NCBI GenBank assembly: GCA_030704615.1
Contig: CM060734.1
Location: forward strand, 15,128,001 to 15,192,000
DNA: 64,000 bases
Direction: 5' to 3'
Source: Takakia lepidozioides
Lineage: Eukaryota > Plantae > Bryophyta
Shown piece by piece: positions 61,804 through 64,000 of this stretch (positions are counted from its first letter, which is position 1; every line of letters begins with the position of its first letter). The notes below the pieces were generated by a model. That model saw only the letters and a program-made list of their open reading frames with translations, ran no database searches and had not been told where the DNA came from. The position numbers and the translations under genes were made by a program.

Positions 61804-64000
61804 ATGGAGGAGATGTATGGAGCTACCAAGGGGCCTCGTAGGTACTCTGGAGCTGTGGGCACAATCGAGTTGGATGACTTTATCCAGGAGTTCGACAGCT
61901 GGTGTGATTTGCAGCAGATGCGCAATCCACAGCTATTCACCCCATTCATGGCGTGGAAGGGACTGTTCCAGCATTTGGAAGGCCCGCCTATGGACGATTA
62001 CCACGAGTTCAGGCGAGGACATGAAGCAGAGATTGAGGAGTGGAGGATGTATTGGTCACCTGACTACGTCTCCATTACTCGAGGCACGACGCGACCAGTA
62101 GCTGCATCAGTACCAATAGCTCCCACTGCCAGCACTAGTAGTGGAGCAAGTAGTGCTGGTACTTCTGCAGGTGGTACCAGTTCAAAAGGTGCTACTACTC
62201 CTCCTGCCACGACTACAACACATGTGCCTAGATTCAACCCGGTGGTGGAGTTCTTCCAGGAGTTGCGGAGGAACTACCAAGGTGTACGGACAGAGAAGCT
62301 GCGAAGTTTGCAAGACTTCCAGCGCAAACCCAGTGAGAGCCTGCGAGAGGCGTACACTCGTATGAGGCGCTTGATAAGTGTGACCCAAGGGGTTACTGAA
62401 GCTCAGGCAATCCAGTTTTGGTATGGAATTCTGGACAAGGAGCTCAAGAGAAGGGTGCGAGATGCAACCCTGTTACAAGCAGCCCAACCCACATTAGCAG
62501 ATGTGTTTCTGCTGGCTGAGCGGATTGAGCTCAACATGGTGGAGGAGCGAGTTGTTACAATTGGATTTGGCAAGGACATGCCTGCACGAGGCGCAGCTGC
62601 CAGCCCACAGGCACAAGGGACTGCCCAACAGCGTGGTCAGGGGGGCAAGGTTGCCCAGCCCAAGTTCCATGGAGCTTACAGGGGACCTCAGGTGCAGAGG
62701 CCCGTGGCATCTTTTGCAGGCCAACAGCAACCAGGGGTGATATGTTGGACATGTGGAGGACCCCATGTCAAGAGAGATTGCCCAGAGAGTGGCAAAAGGC
62801 CGGCACAAGCACAGCCTGCACAGTTGCAGTGTGGGCATTGTGGCAAGTATGGGCATGGAGATGCCCAGTGTTATGACTTGCATCCTGAGTTGCGCCCAGG
62901 CCAGTTCCAAGGGAACAATGGTGGCCGGGGGCGAGGTGGACCAGCCCAAAGAGGACGAGGTGGTCGGGCACGAGGTGCAGGCCAAGGGCAAGCTCCACAT
63001 GGCCAAGGACGCGGAGGTCAGGGTGTTGACCAAGGCATGGCCAATCGGCTTCAGCAGCTAGAGCAGAGGCTCGCTGCCATGGCTATAGCTCAGGCGGTAC
63101 CGGCTCCCAGGCGGGATGGTCCACCTCCTGCTCCTGAGGGAGGAGATATGGGAGGCATGGGATTCATGTGCGGAGCAGCACTACCACTAGAGCAGGTGGA
63201 GTCTGCTGCAGCCGTGACTCGAGGAGCAGCACGAGTTCCTGAGCCACGAGGTGCAGAGGTGGAATTGGATCCACAGCGTGGGGAGGCAAGCCGTCAGGCG
63301 AGGCTTCCTCAGTCATTCACATTGGCGGAGACTGTGTCGACGCCATCCATGGCACCTAGTTCTCGCCCGACTGTTACCGAGGCGGAGGTTACTATGCCAT
63401 TGGGGAGAGCTACACGTGCAGCACTGACACCTGCTACCAAGGCTAGTGCAGCCGGTGTGTTATTGGGGGCAGCCACCTCTGTGTGTCAAGCCCCACTGTT
63501 CTCGGCAACCATGATTGCGACGCCGGGGGTAAGACCAGCTGCAGTGTTCAGACTAGCAGCAACACTCTGTGAGAGTGGGGAGGTCACTTCATCTTCTGCG
63601 GAGTTAGTGGAAGGTGTAGTGGCAGAGGGATCCTCGGATTTGAGGGTCAAGACTGCCACGGCTGCGCCCTGGCAAGCTGCAGCTGCCAGGTTGACGGAGC
63701 TGCCAGCTAGGCCAGCCTTTGAGCGCGCCATGGTGACACCTGGAGTTGTCTTGTTAGACAACCAGGGAGGCATTTTCACTTTGAGTGGACCGGCAGGCAA
63801 GAAGTACCGGCCACTGCGGGTCTTGTTGGACTCGGGAGCTCAGCCACTGATGTTGGGCAGAGCTGCTATTGCAGGTTTGGGCCTCATGGAGGCGGATATG
63901 GAGCCTTGTCCTTTCCAGATACAGACATCTCTGGGAGGATCAGAGCAGGCTCGGGGCATGACACGGCATCAGTTGGCCATTAGACTGCAGCCGGATCATC
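61804..64000 (+). mobile_element. Ty3/gypsy gag-protease ORF, open to the window end
   Basis: Frame 1 is open from 61582 (first ATG 61804). Capsid-like region ELDDFIQEFDSWC...ESLREAYTR; zinc knuckles CWTCGGPHVKRDC (62743-62781) and CGHCGKYGHGDAQC (62830-62871); aspartic protease LLDSGA (63823-63840). Confidence 0.9.

Overview
Eukaryotic, non-seed land-plant nuclear DNA, most likely a moss or other bryophyte. The basis is GT-AG introns, PLS/E+ PPR fragments, an EMS1-like LRR fragment and plant MSH1; the taxon is inferred. The window is almost entirely repeats and transposon debris around one clearly intact host gene: an unusually intron-poor MSH1 (3 exons, minus strand, 20948-25288). Left of MSH1 are a DEAH-helicase exon fragment, a frameshifted PIF/Harbinger transposase and a 17-kb head-to-tail array of a ~3.67-kb unit (3240-20328). 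Right of it are a collage of gene and TE fragments, then a nested transposon stack (~29.9-46.5 kb). The main finding is in that stack: a multi-exon gene whose C-terminal half has the motif order of a prokaryotic beta-class N6-A/N4-C DNA methyltransferase (motif IV-like DMILLDIPDG ... LLDDGG, then motif I-like ILDL/TCGTG ... RHVFAFKPD), probably fused to a ParB-like N-terminus. It is hidden because a SWIM-bearing Mutator-like element with a 9-bp target-site duplication sits in one of its introns, and a hAT fragment plus an intronless protein kinase occupy the site of its 5' core. Further right are a tRNA-like Pol III head, a long LINE with a 2A/StopGo-like motif, an LTR with a tRNA-Met PBS, DRE2 and LRR-RLK fragments, and a Ty3/gypsy gag-protease ORF running off the window. 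Many frameshifts fall in homopolymers and may be long-read consensus errors. All calls are by eye, with no database searches.
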